Source: an uncultured virus (IMG/VR IMGVR_UViG_3300028914_000084) (lineage: Duplodnaviria; Heunggongvirae; Uroviricota; Caudoviricetes). From it: a stretch of 64,000 bases of DNA. The DNA lies in the IMG/VR virus record IMGVR_UViG_3300028914_000084, one strand, 5' to 3'. The notes below the pieces were generated by a model that was given only the letters and a program-made list of their open reading frames with translations, had not been told where the DNA came from and made no database searches. A program made the translations under genes and the position numbers. Shown here in pieces: positions 54,437 to 64,000 of this stretch (position 1 is its first letter; the number at the start of each line of letters is the position of its first letter).

Positions 54437-57046
54437 TTAGATTCCTCCTTCAACTCTTGTTACATTCATTGTTACTGGTATTATTAAACTATCATAATTA
54501 ATATTATAATTTACACTGATATTAGCCCAGTAACCAGTACCAGATGGTTCTCGAACATATACATCACCTGTCCATTTTGATAATCGTCTTATAGCATATA
54601 ATGTTTCTTTATCATCCTTTGGTATTGCAGTTGTCCAAGTAGATGATTCACCTAATTGTGTACCATAATAACTAACTGGATGCGACCTACCAACATATTC
54701 TACAAGACTCATGTCTATTGAATTATTATCGCTTATAGTTATATTATAAGGTAATCTTAAAAGAGAACCAGACCATGGTTTCTCAACAGCGGCATCTTCA
54801 CCACTCTCATCGAAATTAATCCACTTTTCAGCCCATTGAATTATTATAGCAAATTCTCCAAACTTAACAGGTTCTATATCAGCATATGACATAGCGCCAG
54901 TTTCAGATTCTTTAGCTACAATTCTATAGCGAGCATAATCTAATGTTGGATGAGGGTCTGTTATATATAAACCTTCTTGATTATTTATATCCTTTGCTAT
55001 CTCTGTAAAGCTTCCATCATAATTTATTCGATATACAGACATTAAACAATCTGTAACTAATTCTTCAATTATTTCACCATCTATATTAGAAAATTCGTAA
55101 CATAAAGGATTGATAGTTGCTTCATATGTTTCAGTATTTAGGTTTATAATGGCTCTAACATCGTAATATTTTTCATCAAAGAAAGCGGAGAATGTTTTAC
55201 TATTAGAACCATTTAAACCTGAGTTCATTGCAACTGTACAATTTATTGTATAACTTATTCCTGATTGTAAGTCGATATTACCTGGGGTAAATTCTAAAAG
55301 GAAACGCCAGGCATTCGAAGTAGGGTCGTATGTTTTAGCATATATTATATCACCAGCGTTTATAACTTTTTGATTACCGGTATTGTCTAGTGTAATATAA
55401 CCTTCGTTAGCTACAACTTCTACGTAATAACTTATAGGAGTTTGTGCTGGTGGAGTTGCTAACACTGATAAATAAAAAGGAAAACTAGATACTTCATCAA
55501 TTGATTCATCAGCATTATTCTTTAAATCCAATGTAACAGTTGGTTGTGCATAGAAATTTATTTCTCTTTCAGTAGAATATTCACTATATTCACTTGTTAC
55601 TCCAGCTGTTTGAACTCTCCATTTAATTTTAAACCCTTGTTGTATGAATGTCCATTCAGGGTCTGTACTGTCAATTGTATATGAACTTGTACGATTATTT
55701 GCTTCATTTTCGACTATTTGATGGTGTATTACTTTTTCAATAACCATAGGAACTGACGATGGGTCTGTTGTATCTATTGCTTCCATATGAAGTCTAGCTA
55801 CAGTTTCCACAGAACCATCAGTAGAGTTGTGTGTCCAGTATAAATTTACACTGTTTCCGATTATGACAGAAGTTATAGTAGTCCAAGTAGTAGGAGCAGC
55901 AGGTCTTGTACCTATATTAGTAGACCTAATATCCGTCCATTTTGATTGTCCTTTTTCATTAACTGCATTCACACGGAAAAAGTATTCATGACCTAATTCT
56001 ATATCAGTCAATAATGTATGTTCACCACTACTTTTATCAACAGTTACTGATGTTACTCCAGAACCACTGTCAAAATATTCAGGATTTGTAGTGTACTCTA
56101 TTGTGTAACTATCAGCTGTATCAACTGGTGACCATTCAATATATATACCGTATGTTCTAGTACCTTGTTCGACTATTGCTTTTGATTCTAGGTTTGTTAT
56201 TTCTTCTGGCGCTACAGGAGTGGATTTTTGATTTGTTGTAAAATTAGTCCATCCACCATATATATTACCTCTTATGGCTCTACATCTTATTCTGTATGTA
56301 TGTCCAGGGTCTACATCACAAGTATATGATAAAGATAATGTCTCAAAATTTATAGGAACTATAGGTGAATTAAATTTAATAGTATCGTCTTGATATATAG
56401 CGATTTCTATATCAGTTCCATTGATATGCTCGTCTATATTATCCATTGTGACTGTTAATTTATTATACGCGTCTATTTCAAAATATGGATCTGGTGGTAA
56501 TAATGGTGGATTATTTCTAAAGTCATATTCCAAATAACCCCAATCAGTATTAGGTAAAGGGTTTCCATCGTTATCAACAGGTCTTACACTGAATCTACAT
56601 ACATTCCATCCTTCTGTAGAATCTAATGTAAATACAGAAGCTTTATTGTTGACTGATGTGTTGTAATTAGTATTCTGTTCTTTTATCCATAAATGACCTG
56701 CGTTATCCCATTGTTCCCATCTGTACCAATAATGATTAGAATAATCATAAGCCCAAATAGCTTCCATAGTTCTATCAGAACCTGCTTGTAATTTAAGCCA
56801 TTCTATTCTTGGTCTATCTGGCGATGGAGCTGAAGGGGAAGCATTCGGATTGCTCCCTCCCCCATATCCAGGTGTAATACCAGGAAGTGCTAATAATTGA
56901 TTTGGATAAATTATACCACTGCTTTGTGGAATCCCGTTAGCATCTGCTATTTCTCTCCATCTGTATGGATTATTATAGACTGATTGAGCTATATCCCAAA
57001 GACAGTCTCCGGCATATACATGCCATCTATTATTTTCTAAACCCAT
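54437..57046 (-). CDS. Distal tail protein with LysM and FN3-like domains
   Basis: VYAGDCLWDIA...IADANGI (LysM); YFFRVNAVN (FN3); first gene after TMP. Confidence 0.7.
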   Translation of the reverse strand: MGLENNRWHVYAGDCLWDIAQSVYNNPYRWREIADANGIPQSSGIIYPNQLLALPGITPGYGGGSNPNASPSAPSPDRPRIEWLKLQAGSDRTMEAIWAYDYSNHYWYRWEQWDNAGHLWIKEQNTNYNTSVNNKASVFTLDSTEGWNVCRFSVRPVDNDGNPLPNTDWGYLEYDFRNNPPLLPPDPYFEIDAYNKLTVTMDNIDEHINGTDIEIAIYQDDTIKFNSPIVPINFETLSLSYTCDVDPGHTYRIRCRAIRGNIYGGWTNFTTNQKSTPVAPEEITNLESKAIVEQGTRTYGIYIEWSPVDTADSYTIEYTTNPEYFDSGSGVTSVTVDKSSGEHTLLTDIELGHEYFFRVNAVNEKGQSKWTDIRSTNIGTRPAAPTTWTTITSVIIGNSVNLYWTHNSTDGSVETVARLHMEAIDTTDPSSVPMVIEKVIHHQIVENEANNRTSSYTIDSTDPEWTFIQQGFKIKWRVQTAGVTSEYSEYSTEREINFYAQPTVTLDLKNNADESIDEVSSFPFYLSVLATPPAQTPISYYVEVVANEGYITLDNTGNQKVINAGDIIYAKTYDPTSNAWRFLLEFTPGNIDLQSGISYTINCTVAMNSGLNGSNSKTFSAFFDEKYYDVRAIINLNTETYEATINPLCYEFSNIDGEIIEELVTDCLMSVYRINYDGSFTEIAKDINNQEGLYITDPHPTLDYARYRIVAKESETGAMSYADIEPVKFGEFAIIIQWAEKWINFDESGEDAAVEKPWSGSLLRLPYNITISDNNSIDMSLVEYVGRSHPVSYYGTQLGESSTWTTAIPKDDKETLYAIRRLSKWTGDVYVREPSGTGYWANISVNYNINYDSLIIPVTMNVTRVEGGI

Positions 57047-57049
57047 ATA

Positions 57050-60000
57050 TTACACTCTCCCTTCAATTTCTATTGCTTTAATTAAATCGCTAACTGCTTG
57101 TGCAATAGGTGTACCATCGTTATATGAAATACCTCCGAAATTATATGTATTACCAGGTGTTTGTTCAGACATTGATGTTTTAAGTTTATCAATAGCGCTA
57201 ACAATGTCACTATTAGTTGCCGCATTTTGATTTTGTAATTTCAATCCAGAACTTATAGCATTAATATTAGCACCTATACCGATGTTTTGTCCATCAAATA
57301 TAGAACCTATTCTAGTAGCGCCAGATTCTATATTACTTAAATCTAGAACTGGTGTTATAGTAGGACTCATATCTGATTCAGAATTTATAATATCAGTTAT
57401 TTTTCCTAATGCATCTGACATTCCTAATTTAGCAGTTTCGCCAACATCATTGGATGCACTATATACATTTCTAGCATATTCAATTATACCGTTTACTAAA
57501 CCTAAATCAAAGAATTTACCCATTTCATGAGTTGCTTTAGAAGGTGATTTTTCCTTTAATGCATCTTTAGCGGCTTGTAATGCTCCTTTACCTAGTTCAG
57601 TACTGGCATTTATTACTAAATATTGGTTATCAGCTATTCCGTTTGCTAAACCTCTAACAAAGTTTTCACCTAATTTATTAGCTGAATCCTTCCCCATTTT
57701 AGCCTTTACACCTTCTATAGCTGATTTAGCCATTGCTTTAGAAGCATTATTTAATTTAGTTTTAGTATCTTGATTTTCAAAACTAGATAATAAACCCTTA
57801 ATGCCTTTATCACCTAAATCTTTTAAGGCTGTAGATAATCCAGTTATAGATTTTACATCAACTGTTTCGAAACTTTTAACAAATTTAACCACATCAGTTA
57901 CATTTCCTAACGCTGCTAAAATAGTAGAACTATCTATCACTGCTATACTATTCATGAAATCTGCTATAGATGATCCTAAACTTTTTAAATTTATAGATTG
58001 AGATATGATTTCTTTTAGTCCTTTTCCTTTTAAAGATTTTAACAAATTAATAACACTATTTATAATAGTAGATACAGTTGTTATTCTTTCATCCTCTATA
58101 TCACCAAAACCAGTTACAAATCCGGCAATACCTACTGCTAATTCTGGTAAACTTCTGCCAAATGATGTAAAATCATTTTCTCCAACTAATTTACTTAGTA
58201 ATCCTCCAGCATTAGGTATGTCTTGCGCTACTTTTGTAAGTTGTTTTATAACTGAACAAGCTACTTTAACACCGCCAACACTATCTTCTGTTATGCCATT
58301 TTGATCAAGTATGTGTATAAAAGACGCTAATCCGTTTGCTACAGATGGTAAATTTACAGAAAATGAATACATATCATTATCGCCAACTAATGCACTTAGT
58401 AATCCGCCAGCGTTAGGTATCTCTTGTGATACTTTGGCTAATCGTTTTATAGCTTCACATGCAACTTTAACAGGAGCAAGGCTATCTTTTGTTATGCTTG
58501 CTTGGTTTAGGTTATCGATAAATCCTACTAATCCACTGGCTACAACTGGTAATGTTGATGCAAATTCATCTGGGTCATTGTTGCCTAATAGAGCTCCAGC
58601 AATACCTCCTGAATTTGGTATAGTTGCAGCTGCTTCTGAAATTAACTTTAATGCTTCACAAGCTACTTTAACTTTTTCAACATCTTTTATAGGTTTTATA
58701 TTTTTATTAAAATTTGCCAACCCGGTACCCAATTGTGCTAAATTAGTGCCAAACTCTTCGAATGATGTTTTACTAAATATAGATATTGAATCTATAAATT
58801 TAGCACTAGTTAATGCTAATATCGCTTTTGATAGATTTAACATAGAAGTTGCTACTTCTGGTTTTATATTAGCAGCACCTTTTATAAATGGATCAATAGA
58901 TATCATAAATAATGATAATTCTAATCCGAATTTCGTAAGACTTGTTTTACCAGACATGAGTGACATTATTCCAGAAACTAGCTCAGCTGCTGATAAAATT
59001 AATATAGATGCAGATAATGTTCCTATTCTTTTTATAAGATCACCGTCTATCATTTTAGAACCAGCGAAGAATGGAGTTAGTGATGTCATAAATAATGATA
59101 ATGATTGTCCTAAAGCTGGTAATAAAGTTAATAATTCTTTTCCGAAACCAGCAACTATACTACCTGCAAAAGCTCCTATAGCAGTACCGATGGCTGTTAA
59201 TATAGGTATTCCTGATTCTAAGAATTTTGCTGCATTTGGGAATAATTTATTCAATCCTCCAAAAGCTAACAATAATACTCCAAATGCACCTATCAAAGCT
59301 ATTAAAGAACCAATTCCAACTAATGCTGCTGGACCAGCTAATCCTATTAAAGCTAAGGCACCTAATACAGCAGTCATACTTAATAACATTATGGACACTG
59401 AGGTAACCATTTTTATAGATTTGTCGGGGTCTAATTTTACTAACGCTGATATTATAAGTACTAACAATGGCAATACTGTAGAAGACATTATTACTAATAA
59501 AGCTATTCCAGCATATGCATTTTTACCGCCTAATTTAGAAACTAAAGTCATAGCTGCTAAAGTACCAGATAAAGCTATTAGTAACATAGATAATGAACTT
59601 GCTGATGCTAATGCTCTTTCTGGATCTAATTTAGATAATGAATGTATTAATATTGTCATTATAGCTAAAGTACCCATTAACACTAATGATACTGCTGCTA
59701 ATGACTTTATATCTTTACTATTCATTTTCTTAGATGATTGTATTAACAATGATAACGATAATATTATAGCGGTTACAGCAGACGTAGCTGCTAATAGATT
59801 TTGTGGTTTTATTAAACTTAATACTATAACAAAACCTAATAATACGGACATTGCTGCTATTAAACTAGTTAATGTCTTAGTAGCATTGTGTGATTTTGAA
59901 GTTGCTGCTATAAGACCTGAGAATAACACCGCTATTACTGCTATTACTGTTGTACCTTTAACCAAATCTTTTGTTTCCATAGTTGATAATATATACATTA

Positions 60001-63000
60001 TAGCAGCTAATATAGCTATTGCACCAGCAACTTCTAGTAACATAACACCTGCTTTTTTAGCATTTTTTCCAGCAAAATGAGATATACCAATTAACATTGA
60101 TACTATTACTCCCATCGCTGCCATTGCTATAGCACCTCTAGTTAAGCCTTCTTTTGGTATTGTGGATAGTAATTTTATAGATGCTACTATTCCAAGCATA
60201 GCTAAACTGAAGCCACCTATTAATAAAGCAGCCTTGTTTGCATTTTTTCCGGATTTAGATGAGAATGCCATTAATATTCCCATCATTCCCACGACACTAG
60301 CTACTACTAGTTCGCCTTTAACAACGTCTCTTGGTTTCATCATTGATGCTATTTTTATAACACCTAATAATAACATCATAGAACCAGTTAATGATAATAT
60401 AAGCCAAGCGGCTTTATCAGCATTTTTTCCAGCGAATCTAGATAATGCTATAAATGCAGCGAATATGCCACCTGCTAAACTTAGTGAACCAATGGCTTTG
60501 TTAACTTCGTCTTTTGTTATCTTAGATGCTAATTTTATAACTAATAGCATCAACAATAAAGATACTGATATTTTCTTAAGTGACTTTGTTACACTTACTA
60601 ATTGATCTCCAGTTATATTGAGCAACTTAGTTAATCCGCCAATAGCTCCTAATAATACAGTCATAGCCACTATAACAGTTACTAATCCGTTAATTGCGTT
60701 TAATAACGAATATGTATCTATTCCAGATAACTTCTTTAGAGCTATAGTCATTGCCAATAAAGCTAACGATAAACCAATAATAGGTCCAATATTAAAAGTC
60801 GCTTTTTTAGCTTTTGCATTGATGCTTCCGCCAGCTGTTCCACCTGCACCTGCTAATTTATCAACTACAACAAATAATGCAGTTAATACGGTAAGCATTA
60901 CGCCACATACTATAACAGCGGATGTTAATCTATCTGGTTCGATTTTAGATATTATATACATAGAAGCAGCAATCATTAATAAACTTAATGCTATACCTTT
61001 TATAACACCTTTTATAGCTTCTAATTTCTTAGCAGTTCCCAAATCAACAAGGAAATTCTGTACTCCGGTACCTACCTGTTTCATCATATCACCAAAAGAT
61101 TTCAATGGTGATACTACTGAATTAACTATTCCTACTATTTTATCTGCTGTATCGTTCATTCTTTTTGCTAGATACATCAAACCGCCAGCTAATCCAACAG
61201 CGAACATTTTTCTATAATCAACACTACTTAATATTTCTGACACATTACTGAAAGAATTGATTATATTATTTTTCATTGTTTTTCCGAAATTTAATATATT
61301 ATTCCAGATTGTAGTTTCGACTTTTTGAAGTGGTTTCATTTGCGAAGCCATACCTAATAATAAACCAAGTATTATAAACTTACCTATTTTGAAGAATTCT
61401 TTAGAAGGTGAATGAATATCAAGTACTTTACATACTGTTTCTATTAAACTAGCTGCAAAACCACCCATAAAACTTGTAACTTTAGATGTTCCGCTAACTA
61501 ATCCATTTAGCAATCCACTTATTATATACATTGGTATATTCTTTGTTTTAGCTAATCCGTTTATCCATCCGCTTAAACCACCAAATAAATTACCAAATAC
61601 TCTTCTTATTATACCGTCTGAACTGGTTAATTGTTTAACGAAGTTAGATAAACTTACTTTTAAATAGTCTAATATTTTCTTTATATTACCAAGTACTTTT
61701 TGTACTGTTTCATTTGTTGTTATGAATTCTTTAGTTCTTTTAACAACATTTACAATAGCTGGTATAATGGTCTCTGTAACTCTTTTAAAAGTTACATGCT
61801 CTTTTATCCATTTTCTAGCAGCATTAGTAGCTTCATATAAAATATTACCCCAATGACCTAATACTTCTAGGAATGTTGCACTAGGATCTATGATTAAACC
61901 TAATGCAGTGCCGAGTCCTTTTAATACTATAGTTAAAACACTTTTTATAGAATCTGATACTAAACCAATTACTCCGAATAAACCTTTAAATATACTTACT
62001 AAATGCTCGGCATTAGATACAACGCCATCATGATCATTTATTTCTCCTAAATAATCTTTTAATATTCTTGTTAATTTATAAAAACCAGTTGTAAGATTAA
62101 ATAACACAGTACCAGCCTCTTTTGGAGGAAATACTTCAACCCATGCTTTACCTATTGCATGGAATATTGTTATAATAGTTTTTCCTATATTTCCAAAAGA
62201 CTCCATTAATAGCCAACGACCGTTTATATCATCCATATTATGAAGTAATTCTTTAACAGGCATTGCTAGTCTTTTTGATAATTTAACAATTTGATTAATA
62301 GCATCTTGTTGCTTTTCGGATAATCCGTTATATTCTTCTAAAAATATAAGTTCATCTTGATTTAGTTCTTTTCCTTCTTCTCGCTTCTTGACCGCTTCTG
62401 CTATATTAGCTATCCAATCTTTAGTAGATTCATTTAATTTATCAGTCGCATCCGCTACAGATTCTGTAGATTCAACATAACTAGTTTCTCTTCGTAAACT
62501 AAAACCCAATCTCTCATTAACGAGATTTTGTGCATGTGCCCAATCATAACCAGCTTCTGATAGCTTATCCCATCTAGCTTGACCGTTACCCCATATACCA
62601 TTAATTATTTCATCTACAACATTAGCATAATCAGCAACTGTTTTTACAGCATCTTTTAAACCTTCAGTAGATTCTTTAACAGAAGAAAATGCTTCTGACA
62701 TGGCGTCAAACGTTTTAGTAAATGTTTTGCCTAAGAAACTATTTAAATATTTATTTCTTATAGTAGCGACACTGTCTATTACGGCACCTAATGCATTACT
62801 AGCTCCAGTCCATAATTTTTTAGCCTGGTTAAAATCACCGAATATTATTTGAAAAGATTGTGCCCAACCAGATTGAACTGCTTCTGTTAACGTATCAATT
62901 AGCATCGAAAAAGTTTTTACATCTTGAGCCGCTGCCTTGGCTTTTTGTCCTACTATTGTTTCTTCTGATGAATATTTTTTTAAAGTTGTTATCAATACAT

Positions 63001-63823
63001 CAGAAGTCATCCATTGGTCTTTTAATGAATCATTAAAATTAGATATAGCATTTAACGTTTCACCCTCCAATGTTTCATACATATCATCGCCAGTTTTTAT
63101 AAGCGTGCCCATTTCGACAGCGGTTTGAATTAATTCATTTTTGAAATCTTTAGTAGCCATATTAGCATTTTCGATAGATTTCCAATCAATTAATTTTACA
63201 TAACCAGCTGATAAAGCTTGAGCAAAGTTATACATAGCTCTAGACGCTTCATTAGCATTTGCTCCAGAAAGAGCAGCTTCATTACTTACACCCTTAATAG
63301 CTGCTACCGCGTCTTCTAACTTAACACCCATATTAGTAAATTTACCAATATTGGTTGTCATGTCTTGAAATGAGTAAATAGTTTGGTCTGAATATTTATT
63401 TAACTCTTCTAAATATTCATTTACTTTTTCTAGACTTTCTCCTGTACCAGACATAATTGTTTGAATTGAGCTCATTTTGAGTTCGTATTCATCAAATCCG
63501 GCTTTTTTAGGATCTATTACTAATTTCTTTCCTAAATTTAGACCAAAATCCATAACTGTATTAGTTATTCGTCTCATAGTTTGGTCTGCTATCGAATACA
63601 AAGAATTAAATTGTAATCCGACTTGTTCTATTCCTTTTGTTAATGGGTTAAAATTAACACGGTTTGCTGAGGCTGATAGTTCATCGAGTCCTTTTGTCAT
63701 TCCTGAGAAATTTAAACTAGATTTTAATTTGTCTATGGTAGATAATGATGTTTTAACATTTTTTTCAAAATTTCTATTATCAAAACTCATCTCGACGACT
63801 TTTTTGTCGACTGTTTTACTCAT
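57050..63823 (-). CDS. Tape measure protein
   Basis: 2257 aa; TMP N-terminal domain; long amphipathic repeats; IHSPSK and KSPSK motifs. Confidence 0.92.
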   Translation of the reverse strand: MSKTVDKKVVEMSFDNRNFEKNVKTSLSTIDKLKSSLNFSGMTKGLDELSASANRVNFNPLTKGIEQVGLQFNSLYSIADQTMRRITNTVMDFGLNLGKKLVIDPKKAGFDEYELKMSSIQTIMSGTGESLEKVNEYLEELNKYSDQTIYSFQDMTTNIGKFTNMGVKLEDAVAAIKGVSNEAALSGANANEASRAMYNFAQALSAGYVKLIDWKSIENANMATKDFKNELIQTAVEMGTLIKTGDDMYETLEGETLNAISNFNDSLKDQWMTSDVLITTLKKYSSEETIVGQKAKAAAQDVKTFSMLIDTLTEAVQSGWAQSFQIIFGDFNQAKKLWTGASNALGAVIDSVATIRNKYLNSFLGKTFTKTFDAMSEAFSSVKESTEGLKDAVKTVADYANVVDEIINGIWGNGQARWDKLSEAGYDWAHAQNLVNERLGFSLRRETSYVESTESVADATDKLNESTKDWIANIAEAVKKREEGKELNQDELIFLEEYNGLSEKQQDAINQIVKLSKRLAMPVKELLHNMDDINGRWLLMESFGNIGKTIITIFHAIGKAWVEVFPPKEAGTVLFNLTTGFYKLTRILKDYLGEINDHDGVVSNAEHLVSIFKGLFGVIGLVSDSIKSVLTIVLKGLGTALGLIIDPSATFLEVLGHWGNILYEATNAARKWIKEHVTFKRVTETIIPAIVNVVKRTKEFITTNETVQKVLGNIKKILDYLKVSLSNFVKQLTSSDGIIRRVFGNLFGGLSGWINGLAKTKNIPMYIISGLLNGLVSGTSKVTSFMGGFAASLIETVCKVLDIHSPSKEFFKIGKFIILGLLLGMASQMKPLQKVETTIWNNILNFGKTMKNNIINSFSNVSEILSSVDYRKMFAVGLAGGLMYLAKRMNDTADKIVGIVNSVVSPLKSFGDMMKQVGTGVQNFLVDLGTAKKLEAIKGVIKGIALSLLMIAASMYIISKIEPDRLTSAVIVCGVMLTVLTALFVVVDKLAGAGGTAGGSINAKAKKATFNIGPIIGLSLALLAMTIALKKLSGIDTYSLLNAINGLVTVIVAMTVLLGAIGGLTKLLNITGDQLVSVTKSLKKISVSLLLMLLVIKLASKITKDEVNKAIGSLSLAGGIFAAFIALSRFAGKNADKAAWLILSLTGSMMLLLGVIKIASMMKPRDVVKGELVVASVVGMMGILMAFSSKSGKNANKAALLIGGFSLAMLGIVASIKLLSTIPKEGLTRGAIAMAAMGVIVSMLIGISHFAGKNAKKAGVMLLEVAGAIAILAAIMYILSTMETKDLVKGTTVIAVIAVLFSGLIAATSKSHNATKTLTSLIAAMSVLLGFVIVLSLIKPQNLLAATSAVTAIILSLSLLIQSSKKMNSKDIKSLAAVSLVLMGTLAIMTILIHSLSKLDPERALASASSLSMLLIALSGTLAAMTLVSKLGGKNAYAGIALLVIMSSTVLPLLVLIISALVKLDPDKSIKMVTSVSIMLLSMTAVLGALALIGLAGPAALVGIGSLIALIGAFGVLLLAFGGLNKLFPNAAKFLESGIPILTAIGTAIGAFAGSIVAGFGKELLTLLPALGQSLSLFMTSLTPFFAGSKMIDGDLIKRIGTLSASILILSAAELVSGIMSLMSGKTSLTKFGLELSLFMISIDPFIKGAANIKPEVATSMLNLSKAILALTSAKFIDSISIFSKTSFEEFGTNLAQLGTGLANFNKNIKPIKDVEKVKVACEALKLISEAAATIPNSGGIAGALLGNNDPDEFASTLPVVASGLVGFIDNLNQASITKDSLAPVKVACEAIKRLAKVSQEIPNAGGLLSALVGDNDMYSFSVNLPSVANGLASFIHILDQNGITEDSVGGVKVACSVIKQLTKVAQDIPNAGGLLSKLVGENDFTSFGRSLPELAVGIAGFVTGFGDIEDERITTVSTIINSVINLLKSLKGKGLKEIISQSINLKSLGSSIADFMNSIAVIDSSTILAALGNVTDVVKFVKSFETVDVKSITGLSTALKDLGDKGIKGLLSSFENQDTKTKLNNASKAMAKSAIEGVKAKMGKDSANKLGENFVRGLANGIADNQYLVINASTELGKGALQAAKDALKEKSPSKATHEMGKFFDLGLVNGIIEYARNVYSASNDVGETAKLGMSDALGKITDIINSESDMSPTITPVLDLSNIESGATRIGSIFDGQNIGIGANINAISSGLKLQNQNAATNSDIVSAIDKLKTSMSEQTPGNTYNFGGISYNDGTPIAQAVSDLIKAIEIEGRV

Positions 63824-63841
63824 ATAAATCTCTCCTTTATT

Positions 63842-64000
63842 TTATTGTCTTTTTGTATTAATTATATAATCCCACGAATCGTCCGCTATCTTCTCAAAAA
63901 TTGGTCTAATAGCCGGGTTTATATAATCAATACCTTCTACCCAACCACCGTTCTTAGTAGCATGTCCGAATTGTAGTATAACGGCTATAGGGACTCCTTT
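63842..64000 (-). CDS. HK97 gp10-like tail completion protein (partial)
   Basis: Hand translation ...ILQFGHATKNGGWVEGIDYINPAIRPIF...; truncated by the window edge. Confidence 0.65.
   Translation of the reverse strand, partial: KGVPIAVILQFGHATKNGGWVEGIDYINPAIRPIFEKIADDSWDYIINTKRQ

Noticed and set aside
58311..60080. 589-aa plus-strand ORF, and the other plus-strand ORFs
   Set aside because: Antisense shadows of minus-strand genes, explained by codon bias; no SD or recognisable motifs

Overview
The window is almost a complete genome of an AT-rich tailed phage (siphovirus layout), probably infecting a low-GC Bacillota host. Every credible gene is on the minus strand. The window starts in the tail chaperone gene and ends in a tail-completion gene just upstream of the tape measure gene, so it looks like a circular permutation lacking only a short stretch. 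Starting from a candidate cos site at about 9940 and reading on the minus strand, the order is: hairpin RNA, terS, HNH, terL, portal, protease-capsid fusion, neck and tail genes; then (wrapping to the window end) tape measure, tail tip and RBP, holins and endolysin, a six-gene module of unknown function, an array of promoter-gene-terminator mini-cassettes, DUF6353-like paralogues, a helicase-primase-DNA polymerase B fusion, SSB, SF2 helicase, about 30 small genes including a sporulation-type sigma factor, two glycosyltransferases, an iteron-like array, and an operon ending in a single-subunit DFDGD RNA polymerase. No integrase, tRNA, CRISPR array or reverse transcriptase was seen. The most striking feature is an apparent RNA and transcription control layer. 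(1) A 32-bp-stem hairpin (9722-9894) has a loop with two 18-nt segments exactly antisense to the ribosome-binding regions of two distant phage genes. (2) A fixed-spacing TTCGCG-N14-TATAAT promoter-like motif occurs in 11 copies. (3) Two short structured non-coding or leader units lie downstream of that motif. All functional calls come from motif recognition by eye; no database search was run.
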